From contig CM120641.1 of NCBI GenBank assembly GCA_051362555.1, positions 30,200,401 to 30,264,400 on the forward strand: DNA of 64,000 nucleotides, in the 5' to 3' direction. Below, piece by piece: positions 49,070 to 63,083 of the stretch. Under the pieces are notes generated by a model that saw only the letters and a list, made by a program, of their open reading frames with translations, did no database searches and was not told where the DNA came from. Numbering within the stretch: position 1 is the first letter of the stretch; each line of letters begins with the position of its first letter. The position numbers were made by a program, and so were the translations under genes. Source of the DNA: Lingula anatina. Its lineage: Eukaryota; Animalia; Brachiopoda.

Positions 49070-49490
49070 ACAATTGCCGGAAAGACATTGAACATTGTGA
49101 CATCAACAATTGCTGTTATATTATGGGAAGACATTGAACATTGTGAAGTCAACAATTGCTGTTGTATTATGGGAAGACATTGAACATTGTGACATCAACA
49201 ATTGCTGTTGTATTATGGAAAGACATTGAACATTGTGAAGTCAACAATTGCTCTTGTATTATGGGAAGACATTGGACATTGTGACATCAACAATTGCCCT
49301 TGTATTATGGGAAAACATTGAACACTGTGACATCAACAATTGCTGTTGTATTATGGGAAAACATTGAACATTGTGACAAAATTGCTGTTGTATTATGGGA
49401 AGACATTGAACATTGTGACGTCAACAATTGCTGTTGTATGATGGGAAGACATTGAACATTGTGACAACAACAATTGCTGTTGTATTATTG
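49070..49490. repeat. 46-bp minisatellite, ~9 copies
   Basis: AACATTGTGACATCAACAATTGCTGTTGTATTATGGGAAGACATTG periodicity. Confidence 0.95.
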
Positions 49491-49615
49491 GCAATCCTCG
49501 ACTGACTCCGCAAGCTCTATACAAACCTCGGACGTGATAGGTGTAGGAATATGCATCAAATCGATACATTTTTCTGTTGGAACTGCCTTTTCACTCAAGT
49601 GTTCCGCTCATGAAG

Positions 49616-50592
49616 ATGGCTGCCAATAGTGACTTTTCCATTACCCCTGATTTTTATGAAGCTTTGCAATTTTCTAAATAATGTACTCATAGCAGATCCA
49701 AACATTGAAATCTTTGTATGACGGATATGATACTTTGGCAGTTTTACCCACGGGCTTTGGTAAAAGTATAATTTTCCATTTCCTTCCCTTCCTATTTCAG
49801 AGGAAACTTGGACGACAGCAACAAATGATTTGTTTAATAGTTATGCCGTTAAATTCGATTATGCAGGATCAAGTCTAATCTTTATCGAAGCATGGTATAC
49901 CTGCTTGTTTTATGAATATTGAAGGAATGGGTGTCAAAGGTATGTGCGTTTTGAGGTCTTCTGAATAAAAATCAACAAGAGTTCAAATTTATATATATAT
50001 ATATATTTCTTAGTTATAAAACGTCTAAACAATTTGCAAGAAGACTTTTATAGATTAAAATATTTATTTATTTATAGTTAACATGAAAATACAGTATATA
50101 TAGGATAAAAAAATCCTTGTACTAACAGGGACGTATCTACTAACGTACTATATATATATATATTATAGGTTCATGTTAGTACAAGGCTGGAAATGTATAT
50201 CTGGCTGTCTTCATATTTCATTGGGTATTTAAAACACATTTTGCTCATTTTTACCTTAAAATTATGTCGCAATATTGGTCAATAATCATAAACTTGACTA
50301 AGGAATAGTTGTAAAGCACATTAAAAGAATTGAAGAAAAAAACTTGTAAGCCTCTCATATTTACTAGAAGTTCACCTAAAAGCAATCCAATTACAGTTTT
50401 AAAGGTGGTGACTCCGAAAGAGTTGACAATCTCTTAATTTCATGTGCCCTATTACAAGATGTAAAGAATGGTAAATTTTGTTTGATATATGCACATCCTG
50501 AGACTTTTGTGGAAAGAAGGACTCAAAAGTAAATTATACCAAGAAAGAGTCTGTACCGTTGTTGTAGATGAGGTTCACATCATTTCAGAATG
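49616..50592 (+). pseudogene. RecQ-type superfamily-2 helicase, two decayed exons (~49616-49939, 50397-50592)
   Basis: TLAVLPTGFGKSIIF (motif I), IVMPLNSIMQDQV* (Ia), LIYAHPE (Ib), VVVDEVHIISEW (II); GT-AG intron; in-frame stop and frameshift. Confidence 0.88.
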
Positions 50593-51169
50593 GTAAGCAA
50601 ATATAAGTAAAGTTACAAAAAATATGCATTTCCGGTAGTCTGACCAACTCTAATTTTACCCATTGACCCTTCTTTTTATTCCAAAGTCCTATTTTAAAAC
50701 TAGTAATTTTTTTAATAGCACAGCCATTAAAATGCATGTGTCAAGTGCTGTAAATAAAAAGTGCCTATCCAAGTGTTTTATAGTTCACATTTTGTTTGTT
50801 TATTCAAATATATAGGCCTATATATATATATATATATATGACCAAAAAATTTTTGGCATGTTTCCAGAAACAATATTTTTTATTTGACTGAATAATCAAA
50901 ATTTAGATTCAATCATATATACTAAAACATTTGTCAAGGTAGAAGGTTCGATTCCTTCCCTAAGCTTCAAAACACAAGTTGTTGGTTGGCAAGTGGGCAA
51001 ATTGCTTAGTGGCCCTGCCTTGACTAATTTTTATAGTGTTTATAACAGCAATCTAAAATTTACTACAACAGCTTTTACAGAGAATGTGAATGTACATATG
51101 TAGTCTAAAAAATTGGGTGCAAGACTTTGTTAGAAAAAATAAAAGGCATCTAATTTACATAGATATTAA

Positions 51170-51505
51170 AGGGATAATAACTCTTCGTATGAGATTTATA
51201 TTTCACAATATAAACATTGTGAATAACTCACAGAAATATAATATATTGTTTTACCACAAAAACGGCAGTTATAGCTATTATTCTGATATCTGAGTTGGTC
51301 TTCAGACCATGTGACTTCCATTGACAGCTATACTCTGTTATAATCTCTTAAGAGATTTGAACAAAAAACCAAACTTTTTAGATAAAAAAACAAGGACTTA
51401 CTTTGAATGTAAAAATGGATTCATTAACCATTGGTAAGTATGGGAAAATTGTTGTATACTCCAGGAAAATTCATTTTTTGGCCAAAACGAAGATTTATTA
51501 TCCCT
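51170..51505. mobile_element. MITE with TTAA TSD and AGGGATAA termini (Kolobok-like); second copy at 55575-55913
   Basis: TTAA-AGGGATAATAACTCTTCGT ... ACGAAGATTTATTATCCCT-TTAA. The two copies are collinear. Confidence 0.85.
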
Positions 51506-51559
51506 TTAATTAAATGCATTTTTTTCAAGTCAGATTGATGTAAAAATAATTTAAAATTC

Positions 51560-52250
51560 ACTTTTTTTAAGACAGACAGGTAGCCAACACATGCAACAGA
51601 AAAGGACAGTTACACTCCAACTCATTATGATTATCATTCATCAAAACTTCTGGGTTTCGTTGCCATGATACACTAGCCCCAGTGTGACACAGTTTTTTCA
51701 ATTGTGTGTCCAGCTTCAGTAGTTCATCAGATAATGCATAAGAATGAAAAGCAGATATGGATCTCAAAAGCTCATCACTGTTTTTTGTCTCTGATTCCTC
51801 AGTGGTCGAACTGTAGTCATGATCCAGTTGAACCTTAAAATCACCATAATTACATGCACTTTCAACCCCTCCTTGGGATCTAGTGTAACCATGGTCTGGT
51901 AATTATATATATATAAGCATGTAGAAGGTAAAGTTTTATCTTCAGGTTCATTGATGACTGACATCAAACATCTACGAGCTTTAGATTCTTTGGTGGAAGA
52001 TGCGTTTTCAACAGTATTTTTGCTTAACTTTAACCTTTTCAACTTTTCAACAGAACTTAGTAAATTTTCTACCACAGTTTTTTTTCTTCAGTGCAGATGG
52101 TGGTGTTTTTGAAAGTTTTTTGGTACGTTGCATTCACTCAATCTGTTGTTTATAAGTTATTAAGGCATCTTTTCGGAAAACTACTGAGACAGACCTCACA
52201 AAGTTTCAAACCAGCCACCAGAGAGACGTTCTGAATTTTCACTCCTAAAA
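51560..52250 (-). pseudogene. Decayed coding sequence convergent with the helicase; possibly the N-terminal part of an Academ transposase
   Basis: Abutting minus-strand ORFs (51764-52075, 51567-51767) of protein-like composition ending ELECNCPFLLHVLATCLS. No diagnostic catalytic motif seen. Confidence 0.4.
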
Positions 52251-52654
52251 TTCACAACAAAAAGTTCACAACGTTTTACCTCACACAGAGTACATAAAAG
52301 ATAAAACATTATATGTGGTCAGGCATAACTAATCCTCAGTTGTTCATTATTATATTATAATATTATAATACTTAACAACTTTTTGGGGGGGTATAAAAAT
52401 TACATGCATGTCTTTTTTTTAAAGGGTAGGGTAGGACACTTTTTTTAAAAATCAAAGTTGAGTTTGGATAACTGTAAACATACATGTATCTCAAACTGAC
52501 TGAAGCCATAAATCAGTCACGTACATTTTACTGATTTGGTTCTGATTTTTCTTTCAAGAATTTTATGATTTTTTTATGTATACATGCACACACTGCCGAT
52601 TTACATTTACTATTAACAGCTGTCTAGCGTCATTGCCATTTGTACTGTATAAGA

Positions 52655-52870
52655 GTGTATTCCCAGAGATTTTAGATCAATCTATCCCCGTGGGGAGTCT
52701 CACTAGATTACTGTCAGATAATCCGGCTTAAATGTCTGTCCCGCCTACTACAAACTGTAAGGGGGTAATTAACTATGGTGCCCGCTCAGCTGACAGCAAT
52801 GTAGCATGAACCCCCAGGGAGTTAGGTTGATCTAGTTTGGATGGATCTAATCTCTGGGAATGGGGTCTTA
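52655..52870. mobile_element. MITE family with TTCCCAGAGAT...ATCTCTGGGAA-type ends; relatives at ~30293-30437 and ~54456-54717
   Basis: Inverted ends and shared internal TAGTTAATTACCCC/CTTACAG...GTAGG motifs. Confidence 0.7.
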
Positions 52871-55800
52871 GTCAATATCAAGAAAATTACCTAAAAAAAC
52901 CTCTGATACTGATAATGTTCATCTATAGCCTTCTTTTGGATGAAAGAGTGCAATCTCCTGGTTGCTGAGGCACAGAGTAAACAGGAACTCAATGGGATGA
53001 GTTTTTGCAGAGTTTCTGATTACATCATGTGCACTTTACGTTTGATTATTATATGAGCCAAAACTAATATAGTGTAGCGCTGACCATCTCCAAGATAAAC
53101 ATGCCAGGAGTTCCCATTGTAGAAATGAAAGTCACATCACCCTGAAAAATATTTTTTTAACAGGTACAATTTTCTTTAGGGAAAATAGACAAAATATTTC
53201 AGGCTCTGAAATAAACAGTATTTTCAAAAATTTCAAAAAAAGTCTTAATATTTGCTATGTCTAAAGGTTGATGTACTAATAGATATCATTTTATTCTATA
53301 ACGTGAATTAATATTATATGAATCAGTATTATATAACCTATTTGGGTTTTATATAAATATGATGATGGTTTACTCATAATGCCAGTGTTAATGAATGGTT
53401 GTGTTCAGTTGATAGATTAAAATATTGAAAGAGTACAGACACAGTAGTATTGATGGCTAGGCAGAAAACCAAACTAAACCAAAAGATTTGGAACAATGAA
53501 AAACAACAATTCACTTCTATTTTGGACAGACCATACCTGTTACAGTGAAAATATCTGATTTTTTCAAAGAATTTTACTATTCTTGTGTCACCTCTCTTGC
53601 CTATAGGTGCCATTGAATTGGTTTCATATAGCACAGAAGATATTTGTTTGATGTGTGTATTTGTGTATATATTCTGATCTCTTTGGGCTCCTACAGACAC
53701 CATAGGTCTACTTAGAGTGAACCAACTCTGTGCCTAGACTCTCGCAAAGTGCAATCAGCTTAATTGACTGAAGCGCCTCCACAGGCATTGAATAGAATAC
53801 AAAATAGCTGCTGATTATGTAAGAATATTGAAAACAAGAGGAGGCATGTCATTCACTTCAGCTGTTTGCACTCAGCAAGAGTTCCTGCAAACCTACGATT
53901 GATGTCAGATTTGTTGTTTAGTTCATTTTTCACTTCAGAATTTTGGCACATTTCTTGTGGAAGAAGTGAGCAAGGAGCAGAAATTATGGGTGGTTACTGA
54001 GACTCTGGACGCCATCGTTGATCATCAGCACCTGTTGTCATGGAGATCAGGGTAACAGACAAACTCCAGACCATATGGTACCACAGCTGACAGCTGAGGT
54101 AAAACTGCTCCCTGTGGTTTTATTAATTTTTATTAAAACAATTAAAGACCTATAACAGCAACAGTTCCATCATCTGCATAGTAAACAATATAAAGATAAA
54201 AAGCATCACATTTTGCTTACTAAAATGATTCCTGCAGTTGGGTATTTAATATATTTTTTTACAGTGTAATAATATATTTATTTAAAGACATATTGATCAA
54301 TTAAAGCAATGGATATCTTCTGAAAGAATATTGTGAAATTATTCCAGATTCATCAACAGAAAAGCAGCCTGGGGGCCCACATTCTTATCAGTGTGACAGC
54401 AAGGACAAATCTGGTTCAGTTCATCATATACAAATCTTGACCAGTTGATTTACTTAGACCTGTTTCCGTACCAAGATCCATCTGGCAGGATCGACCCATC
54501 TCTGTATTCTCTGGGTTCTCATTAAATTACATTCAGATTAAGCAGCTTAGATGACTGTCACACCTACTGAATCTGCTAGATGATAGTTAATTACCCTCTA
54601 ACAGCTACAGTAGGAGTGCTAGATGTCAGAGCCACTTAAGCTGAATGTACTTTAGTGAGAAACCCTTTGGAGATGGGTCGATCCTGCTAGATCGATCTAG
54701 GTACGGGAATAGGGCCTGAGACATGTTTTTCTTCTCAAGTGTCTTAAAACTTGGCAGTAATTTGGATCAGAGAAATAATTAGAGTGTAGCACATCAAGCT
54801 CCATAGCTTTCTGGTGTTAGATCAGTTTTATATCAGGCAACACTGATATTAAGCATTAATATATTTTCATTCTTTTTTTTTTCCAACTTTTATGATAGTC
54901 CCATTGGATGATTCATGTGTTATCACAAGATACTGATGTAAAACTTGCTTTTGTTTTTCAGCCTTTTCTTTCAAAATTAAATATCAAAATATGTGGGGCT
55001 ATATTGTTTGTTTAAACATTGACCCACTAACTGAGACAACCAAGTGATAAAATTTCCATTCTGTTTGCTTATGAGCAATATTATAATGATTTGATGAAAT
55101 TGTTTTTGTGAGGCTTAAGTTGTGAACACCACACTGAATTGGTTTGATTTGATTAAACTTTGTAGAATGTCTAAATTTCTATCAATTACATTGTTTTAAA
55201 TCTGTGTTGATGTTAATAATTAAGAACATAAATTTCCTTTATTTTTTGTGAAGCTGAAGACGTAATGTTGTTTGAAATATGGATTATTGGTTTACCTAGA
55301 ATGTGTACATTGTATGGCATTATAATAATAATATATAAATTACATTTTAAGCTGTTGTGTAGGTTTAAAAGAATTATATTTATATTTTCACGGAGGGGCG
55401 TTCTGAACGGCTTTCATATATTTTCTAGTTGAATTAAAACTGTTTTCAGATATTACTTTTTATAAAGCATTTGTTCCGCATAACATCTGAATAAATTGGT
55501 GAAAACAAATTCTAACATATTTGGTTGCTCTACCTAAATCACACCTAACACATTCCGTTCGTTTTCTGGGTTAAAGGGATAAAAACTCTTCATATGAGAT
55601 CTATATTTCACAATAAAAACATTGTGAACAACTCGTAGAAATAAAATATATTCTGTTTTACGACAAAAACAGCAGTTATAGCTATTACTCTGATATCTGA
55701 GATTGTGTTCAGATCACGTGACCTCCACTGATGGCTGTACTCTGTTATTATCTCTTAAGAGATTTTAACAACAACAAAAAAAAACTTTTTAGAAAAAAAA

Positions 55801-56122
55801 CAGGGACTAACTTTGAATGTAAAAGTGGATTCATTAACCTCTGGTAAGTACGGGAAAATTGTTTACTCCAGGAAAATTCATTTTTTTGGCCAAAACGAAG
55901 AATTATTATCCTTTTATAAGTAGCGTAGTTTATGAAAGCAGTGGCCTAGTATCTTCACGTGACGGACCGGGACCACGATACACCTCTGCTGGTGTGGGGA
56001 AAGATTGAACTGATTTCAGACGAAATGCAAGTCCTTGAATAATGATGGAAAAAGTTGAATTTATTGCTTAGCTTTTATCATACTCCCATTTTAGATATCC
56101 CCTTACGTCAGAATTCTACGTT

Positions 56123-56531
56123 TCACTACATTGTATATTAACGTTAACCCGCCCTGTGATATCAGGACCTCTAAAATAATATACAATAGTATACAGTCCC
56201 TTTCAACAATTTTGTAACAGACTTCTAGCGCACCTATGGTCAGAGAGAAACCTTAAACAACGATTGTGCGCGTATCGTTGGCTTAAAATATTGATAAGTT
56301 GACGCCCACCACGATAGTTTCAAATTGATATCAATCACGCTCGTTAAACGTCGTAACGTCTCAAGCAATGTGAATAAATTATAATAATCTTGAAACTCCC
56401 GCCTGGAAACTCACTGTTCTATTTATTCATGATTTTACACGAGACCACGCCCTTCCTTGTGATAATTTCCACATGATTCCATTTATCTTTTTTAATTACC
56501 CCAAAACTAAATTTTATATACAATGTAGTGA
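56123..56531. mobile_element. Probable MITE with a 16-bp TIR
   Basis: TCACTACATTGTATAT ... ATATACAATGTAGTGA. Confidence 0.55.
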
Positions 56532-59505
56532 CCTTCACGTCAGTCGAAATCAAGTAAAGTCCGATACGTATAATTCTTCAAAATAAAAGATAATATACAT
56601 ATCGTTAACTAATTAAATTTGATGCTGTTTAAAACATGCGGAAACAACTCGAAAACTGGATTAAAAGTGAAGGAGAGGCAGCTAATGTTCAGATTTACGC
56701 ATCGGATATTATTCTCGGAAATGATGATAAGAAAATAAATCTACTTATTTTTCAGGTAAAATAATACATTTACAGAAAATCAAAATATGGAGGGCATCCG
56801 TAATACAGGGACATCGAATGTTTTCTGAACTAAAAAATAATGCTTTGCTTGTCTTTATATGTATTTATTTTATACAGTAGTTACACGTAGCACGCATGCA
56901 GGTATGTATGTACAGTATGCGTATGTTTTTGAGAAATGTGTATGTGAGAAGTGATTTGTATTGTATTGTATTGTACACTGTAATGTTTATTTCTACAGTC
57001 TAATTAAAGAAAATATACATACAATTTTTAGAGAGCGTACGCGTCTGTAATTAAACTCATCACAAGCATCTGTAAGTAGCAGGTCATGGGAACGAGAAGT
57101 GTAATTTAAACGAATCTGCAGATTGTTACTTTTCATGAAATTTGTATGTGTAACTTATTCAAAATAAAGGAAATGTTTGCACACACTTGTAGAAAAGTGC
57201 ACGACTGCCAGGGTGGTTTTATTTGGTGGTGGGTCGAGGGGGGGGGGTAGAGAGTTCGAGGCCCATCTCGCCATGCCTATAGCTTAAGTGTACGTCTCTG
57301 TGGTTTAGGGGTACAGTGGTCGCCTGCTTCGCGGATTAGATTCCCGACACATTTGGAAAACATCAGACTGGCTTCTGTCTTGAGAAATGTACTATTCTTT
57401 ACATCATCTACTTTCCAGGGAAGAATTTTAAGCTTACGGCAGCTGTGGACAATATGTCTACCAATAGATTACTGAGATCTCTAACAGTAGGGCCGTTCAA
57501 TGGATTTTGTTTTGGTCATTTCCTATAAGTCCAGATTAGGGCGTTTTATGTTTACCTTGTTTTTTTTAAAAACTAGTGAAATAAGATAAAAATTAATTCA
57601 ACCAATAAAAATATTGGAAATCTAAATATCGGATTTTTTTCATTTGAGACATAAAACTAAATAAAGAACTGAATATTATAATATTTATAAGCTACAGGCT
57701 TAAAAGTGGAATTAATATTAGATACTTAGAGAGAAAAAACTACTTAAAACGTTTATCCCCTTAAAATCAGAAATCTAATATCGTCGGTGAGAAATAAAAA
57801 GAGAATTTGCTGAATGGGTTTGTGTGTGCGTGTGTTCTAATTCACAATCTATTTAAAGAATATTAAAATAAAAGTATTTTGTGGTAATTTTCCTTATATC
57901 TGATCCACGGTATAAATGGTGATGTAAAGAATTCTAATGAGGAAAAGTGAGTAAAATGCAAGTATACGGATTAGGCGTTTACTGACACTAGCCGCAGATC
58001 TTTCAGCACTAACGCTCATATTTAACCACAAAATTGACAAATTAACCAACACACCACACACTTATTTAGCACCAACAAAACGATATCTAGCACTAACATT
58101 CATCCGCTCTGGTAGTACTGCAGGACTAAAATCTCCTCAGGTAAACATTTAGCTTCGTTGAGCGACCCATACTCCATTACCCCTACCCAGTCAGGAGAAG
58201 TTAAAAACAATCCGCCTGCACATATATAATTGCACCAAATTCTGATGAGTTGTTGACACGCTTCTGCAGTTGATACACCTTTAAAATATCAATACATTCG
58301 TAATGTCAGGCAAAACTTCGTTCGCACTGAGAGGTACATTTTTTAAGTTAAAACTGGAACTCTTTGTGAGGTCTTATAACACGTAAGTACTCTGAAGAGG
58401 CTTTTACTACTTTTTGCAAGTTCTTCTGAACTTTGCTTCCCGCTTTAAAGCTGCCAAGTGTATCACCCAACCGTGTTGAGAGAGGAGGGAGGGTGTCCCT
58501 TTAGGTAACACTCTTACGTACATTCCAAGCCATTGAATTGTCTCTTAAAATGAACCGGTCCAGTAAAAGGCACCACTCTTCAGAAGCCGACCTCAATTAC
58601 TTCAGACTTAAACGATAACTCTAACCTGTCATCTCAGTTTACAATCTTTGGGAACTGTCACAGATAAAAAGTTCGTAAACTGGCAACTCACATACATGTA
58701 TCACATATTGGCTTTAAAACTTCGAAACTAAATCACTGCATAGCCAAGAAAATCATATATAAGTTATGCACCGCTCCTGTCCGTAATGAATACACTAATA
58801 GATCATACAATACAAATATGCTATATTCTACCATGGCCAGGGAGCCGAAGTGTGAGGAGGACAGCCAATATGACCAATAGGCAGTCCTACTCTCCTCCAG
58901 GGTTAGGCTGTGGGACGGGTGGCGTTTTATTATTTTTGTTTTCAAAGTTTCTTGCTGGACAACACAAAAACTGGTGCAGAATTGGCCAGAAAAATATCTG
59001 TGACATTAAAGAACAATACTCTGTGTGGCCCTGTCCTTTCAACAATACAATCGAGATAAGATTCCAGCCGATTCCGATGCCGTCTCAACCATGATTGTGA
59101 CGGATTCCACAGACATCACCCCATTGTGTTAGTGAAGACATAACGTGAGACGGGGAGGGGAGGGAGATAGCATGTACATGTATTGCAATGATTGGAGTGT
59201 TTGAAGGGGAATGTGGTGGAGGGGGGGGTGGGGATAACGGGGATGGATGTAGGAGAGAGGAAGGGAGACATATTAAAATATCAGTTCGTTACAGCAGTCG
59301 TACTAACTCACGGGGAACAGATATTTTCATGTTGTCCCCGACAGCATCTAATTAAAGACTTCTAAAAACTCACCTCAGCATACCTGTGGCAGTGTAAGTA
59401 GTACTACCAGTGCATGTAGTAGTAGGCCTACAAGATGATGTAGTAGTAGTGAGAGTAGTAGTATAAGAGTAGTAGTATAGAAGGCAATTTATTACTGGCA
59501 TAGGT

Positions 59506-60055
59506 TGTATATAAGTAATATAGTACCGCTATTTCGCCAGTACTATAAATGAAGAACATACATCTTTTGGGAACCTAAAAGATTTATTCGTATATTCTTA
59601 TTTTCCAGTTACAATGTATTCTCTTTTATCCTATAGATCATCATTCCAATGTCATGATGTATCACAAAGTCTTTCTCCTACATTACCTTATTTGGTAATG
59701 TAATAATTCCTCAGCTCTTACACAATGTCTATGATTATCCCTTTTTCCATAACTTTCCATCATTACGTCATTACCAAAATATAATCATTCTCTTATTAGG
59801 TAATGGTATGTTACTTGACCTTAGGTCGCCATTTCTATTAATACGGATTTTTCATTGTATCATCCTGAAGGAATGATAACTATACTCCCTTATTCTTTTG
59901 TAATTATTGAACAACACATGCACTTTTTAACTCTCTTACTTACACTGTTTAACCTCTTAACAAATGTATATTGTATCAGTTATGAAAGGTACAATGTATT
60001 CATTACGATCACAACTTTGTATCTGTACTTTTAATCATTTTCATTACGATATACA
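59506..60055 (-). repeat. 3' LTR (~550 bp) of a minus-strand env-bearing LTR element; PPT at 60056-60065
   Basis: TGTATAT...ATATACA terminal inverted repeats. On the minus strand GAAGAGAGGG lies directly before TG and AATAAA is near the end. A partial second copy lies at 63128-63491. Confidence 0.75.
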
Positions 60056-61436
60056 CCCTCTCTTCAAATAAATTCGTCCTCGAATTCCCTTTTTTTTTAT
60101 TACGATATACATTCTCTCTATTTTATTGAATGTAGAAGCACAAGCATTGCATAACTAAAAAACTATTTAAAATTTTTAAAATACTGTCATTAGACTTAAT
60201 AATATGGTATCATATAGATAGGCCCCTATATATAGTTATATAGTTGACATGAAACAATGAATATATTAGAAAGGATAAATAATAATAATCATATTTTGCG
60301 ATACGCGTGGATGCGTAGTGCATTTTCCTTTATTGTCTTTAATGTGCGGCCCAAGAATACACATGCTGAACTTTATTAATAATTTTGTGTAACTTTAACA
60401 TGTAATTCTCTTATTATGGCTCTGACACATTTTTATAATATCTTCTTAAATACACTACGTTGGATTATAGGGTCATGACTCCTTTTCGAATATACAGCCA
60501 TCATCACCATCATTGTGACCAGCACATTGTCCGTGGTGAAAATCTGCATTTCGTTTGTTATTATCATCCATACTGTAGTGTTTTCCTTTATGGTTGTGAA
60601 TAACCACTATTTATAATACATTTACGTACATCCACAATTTGTTGATATTCAAAAACAATAATTCCTTTAAAAATTTATGTTTGTTGTTCCATGTCATCTT
60701 AATTCCAATACATTAATTTGCATGCAATTTAGTCTACTGCTAATAATATATCGTTATAAAGTGTATAAAGTCTAAGGTAACAACAATATACTTACATGTA
60801 TATTATTTAATAGTAATCCTTAACATATTACGCAATATGTCAATGACATTTAAATCATTAACCATTTGTCAAGGATATAATGTTTTATAATTTGAATAAT
60901 TAAATTAAAGCTCATTCAATGAAAATAATGTTTATTCTGCATCATTTACAACAAAATAAACGTCTAGTCCGTGTTTGTGACTATTATTGTGAATAAATGT
61001 CCACAGTTTCCTGTATATTCACTAATATCCAATTGGACATCTCCACTTATATTTCCATTATAAATCATTCATAAATGTCAATTAAATATGAAATTATGTC
61101 ATATTCATTCACTGAATAATTCATTGTGACAATATTAAGAATATAATATACGTATATGTATGTACATTAAAAGTCAATGTTCATTTGTTCCAACATTTTG
61201 TCTCTGGAACAGAGTTCATTACATTTCATGTAAAATCAGTTCATTTCATTTCAATGTCATATGTCCATCTGAATTTATTAATTATTGGTACATTCCATAC
61301 ACATAAACACATTTAACATAAATAATATTTCTAAATACAAACTGTCGTACACACATCATGAATGCAATTGCTATGCTCCGTAATTTTACTATGCCGTTCT
61401 TTTAAAATTTGATGGTTTGAGAATATCAAGTTATAT

Positions 61437-63083
61437 TTAAGATTCTAATTTCGATCCGGTGCACGTTGGTGAACAATATCGAATGTAGGATAACATTCCA
61501 GCATGTTTAATGGCTAAAAATTTGTAAAATTCGCGATCAATAGTTTTGTTTAATTGTATTGCTTTTATAAACGAAATCGGAACACGTGCTGGTAGTTGTA
61601 TTGTCTGACCAGTTACGTAGTTTGTTATCACCAAATCGTGCCAATCAATCAATAAATTTGATCTAATTTTACCTTCAATTTGCAAAATATCAGAGATCTG
61701 CGTCATATGAAAATGCCAGGAATGAGGACTGCCATTCAGTTGAATAATAGGAATGGTAATACATCGTTGGTCATTGGCAATTTCTAAAATAAGAAGTGCC
61801 TTGTGGAAGATGCATAATTTCTTAATAATTTTATCTCGTATCCAAACTATAGCCAAAATTACACAAACACATGCAATTAGAAATGTTATGAAGGAATATG
61901 GATCATCACAAGTTGTTTGTACTTCATAATTAATTTTTGTAGTTGTACCCAATATCCATGTTAGTACAGTTGGCATCGTTTCACCTGTATTAACATTTTA
62001 AGGGTCATCACTGTTAACGTTAAAATGCGAATCTTGATACATAAGTAGATCACAACGAGCATAATCGCACTCGAAACTGCTAAGGAAATCCAAACTAAAA
62101 ATTGTTTTGAATTTGATGGAAGCAAAATCTCATTTGCTGCAATAGCATCTGCCATTGAAGAATACATTCTTTCATTGTGTTTTGCTGCTTGAGCTAGTTT
62201 TCTTAAATTCAAATGGTCTTTCATATCCTGCGCTAAAAATTTCGAAAAATCTTTTTGGTACATGTGTAATCTGGAAGAATTAGTATCAAGGGGTTGAGAA
62301 AAGAAATCATTACGTTGATATTTCTTTATTGGAATAAAAATATTGCTGTAAACCAAGATTAACAGGGTGTAATTTTGTAATTGATGTATCATTCTTGCAA
62401 TCATAAACACGCGGAGGCAAATAAAAACTATCTAAGGTTAAACCGCAAAAACATGAGTAATGTATCACACAATATTGACAGCCTGGTTGGGAAGTAGTAC
62501 TTGTAGGGCACTCCACTGTTATATCAGTGATATTATATAACAACAATTTTCCTATTGATAATTCGCGCACGTTGGGTTGAACGACATTATGCAGAAAACG
62601 GAAATTACAAGTTTCAGTGATAACGTCTGAAGGTGACAAGTCAAAAAATAATGCTGTAACACAGGAGAAATGCGTCGCAGTCCTGAAAGGATACACGAAA
62701 GGACATAATTTGACATGATCTCCATGACATTTCTTCCAGGTAGGATTATTCATGGGAAAATAATGTTGTTTATCGTGAGAAATAGCCAAATATTTTGGTA
62801 GATCCAGTATTTGTGAAGCGTGGTTTGTAGATTGATTTAAAGGAACGGGGAATGTTTTTACTTCATAAACCTCTAATGTATGGGGATAGGCAGAAATAGG
62901 AATTTGTAGGTTAATGAATAATGAATTTTTGTGTTTTCCATATGTAAATTGTCCTCATTGAAATAATATTTAGGATTTAAATAAATAACATGTAGCGGAT
63001 TGATCGATTTCTGTGCTTCCTTTTCAATTTGAATAATAATCTGTTTTAGATGGTCTTGGGAAACCAACAATGGCGATAAGACT
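61437..63083 (-). pseudogene. env: C-terminal half of an F-type env, frameshifted, followed by a second TM-containing 179-aa segment
   Basis: LSPLLVS...YY motif, Cys-rich WKKCHGDHVKLCP...SCVTALFF...CNF...CQYCVIHYSCFC, TM FLVWISLAVSSAIMLVVIYLCI, second TM FITFLIACVCVILAIVWI; lies upstream of a PPT and LTR. Confidence 0.75.

Noticed and set aside
58656-59005. Solo LTR candidate (TGTCACAGATA...TATCTGTGACA)
   Set aside because: No TSD and no partner in the window; it could equally be a degraded MITE, so it is left uncalled.
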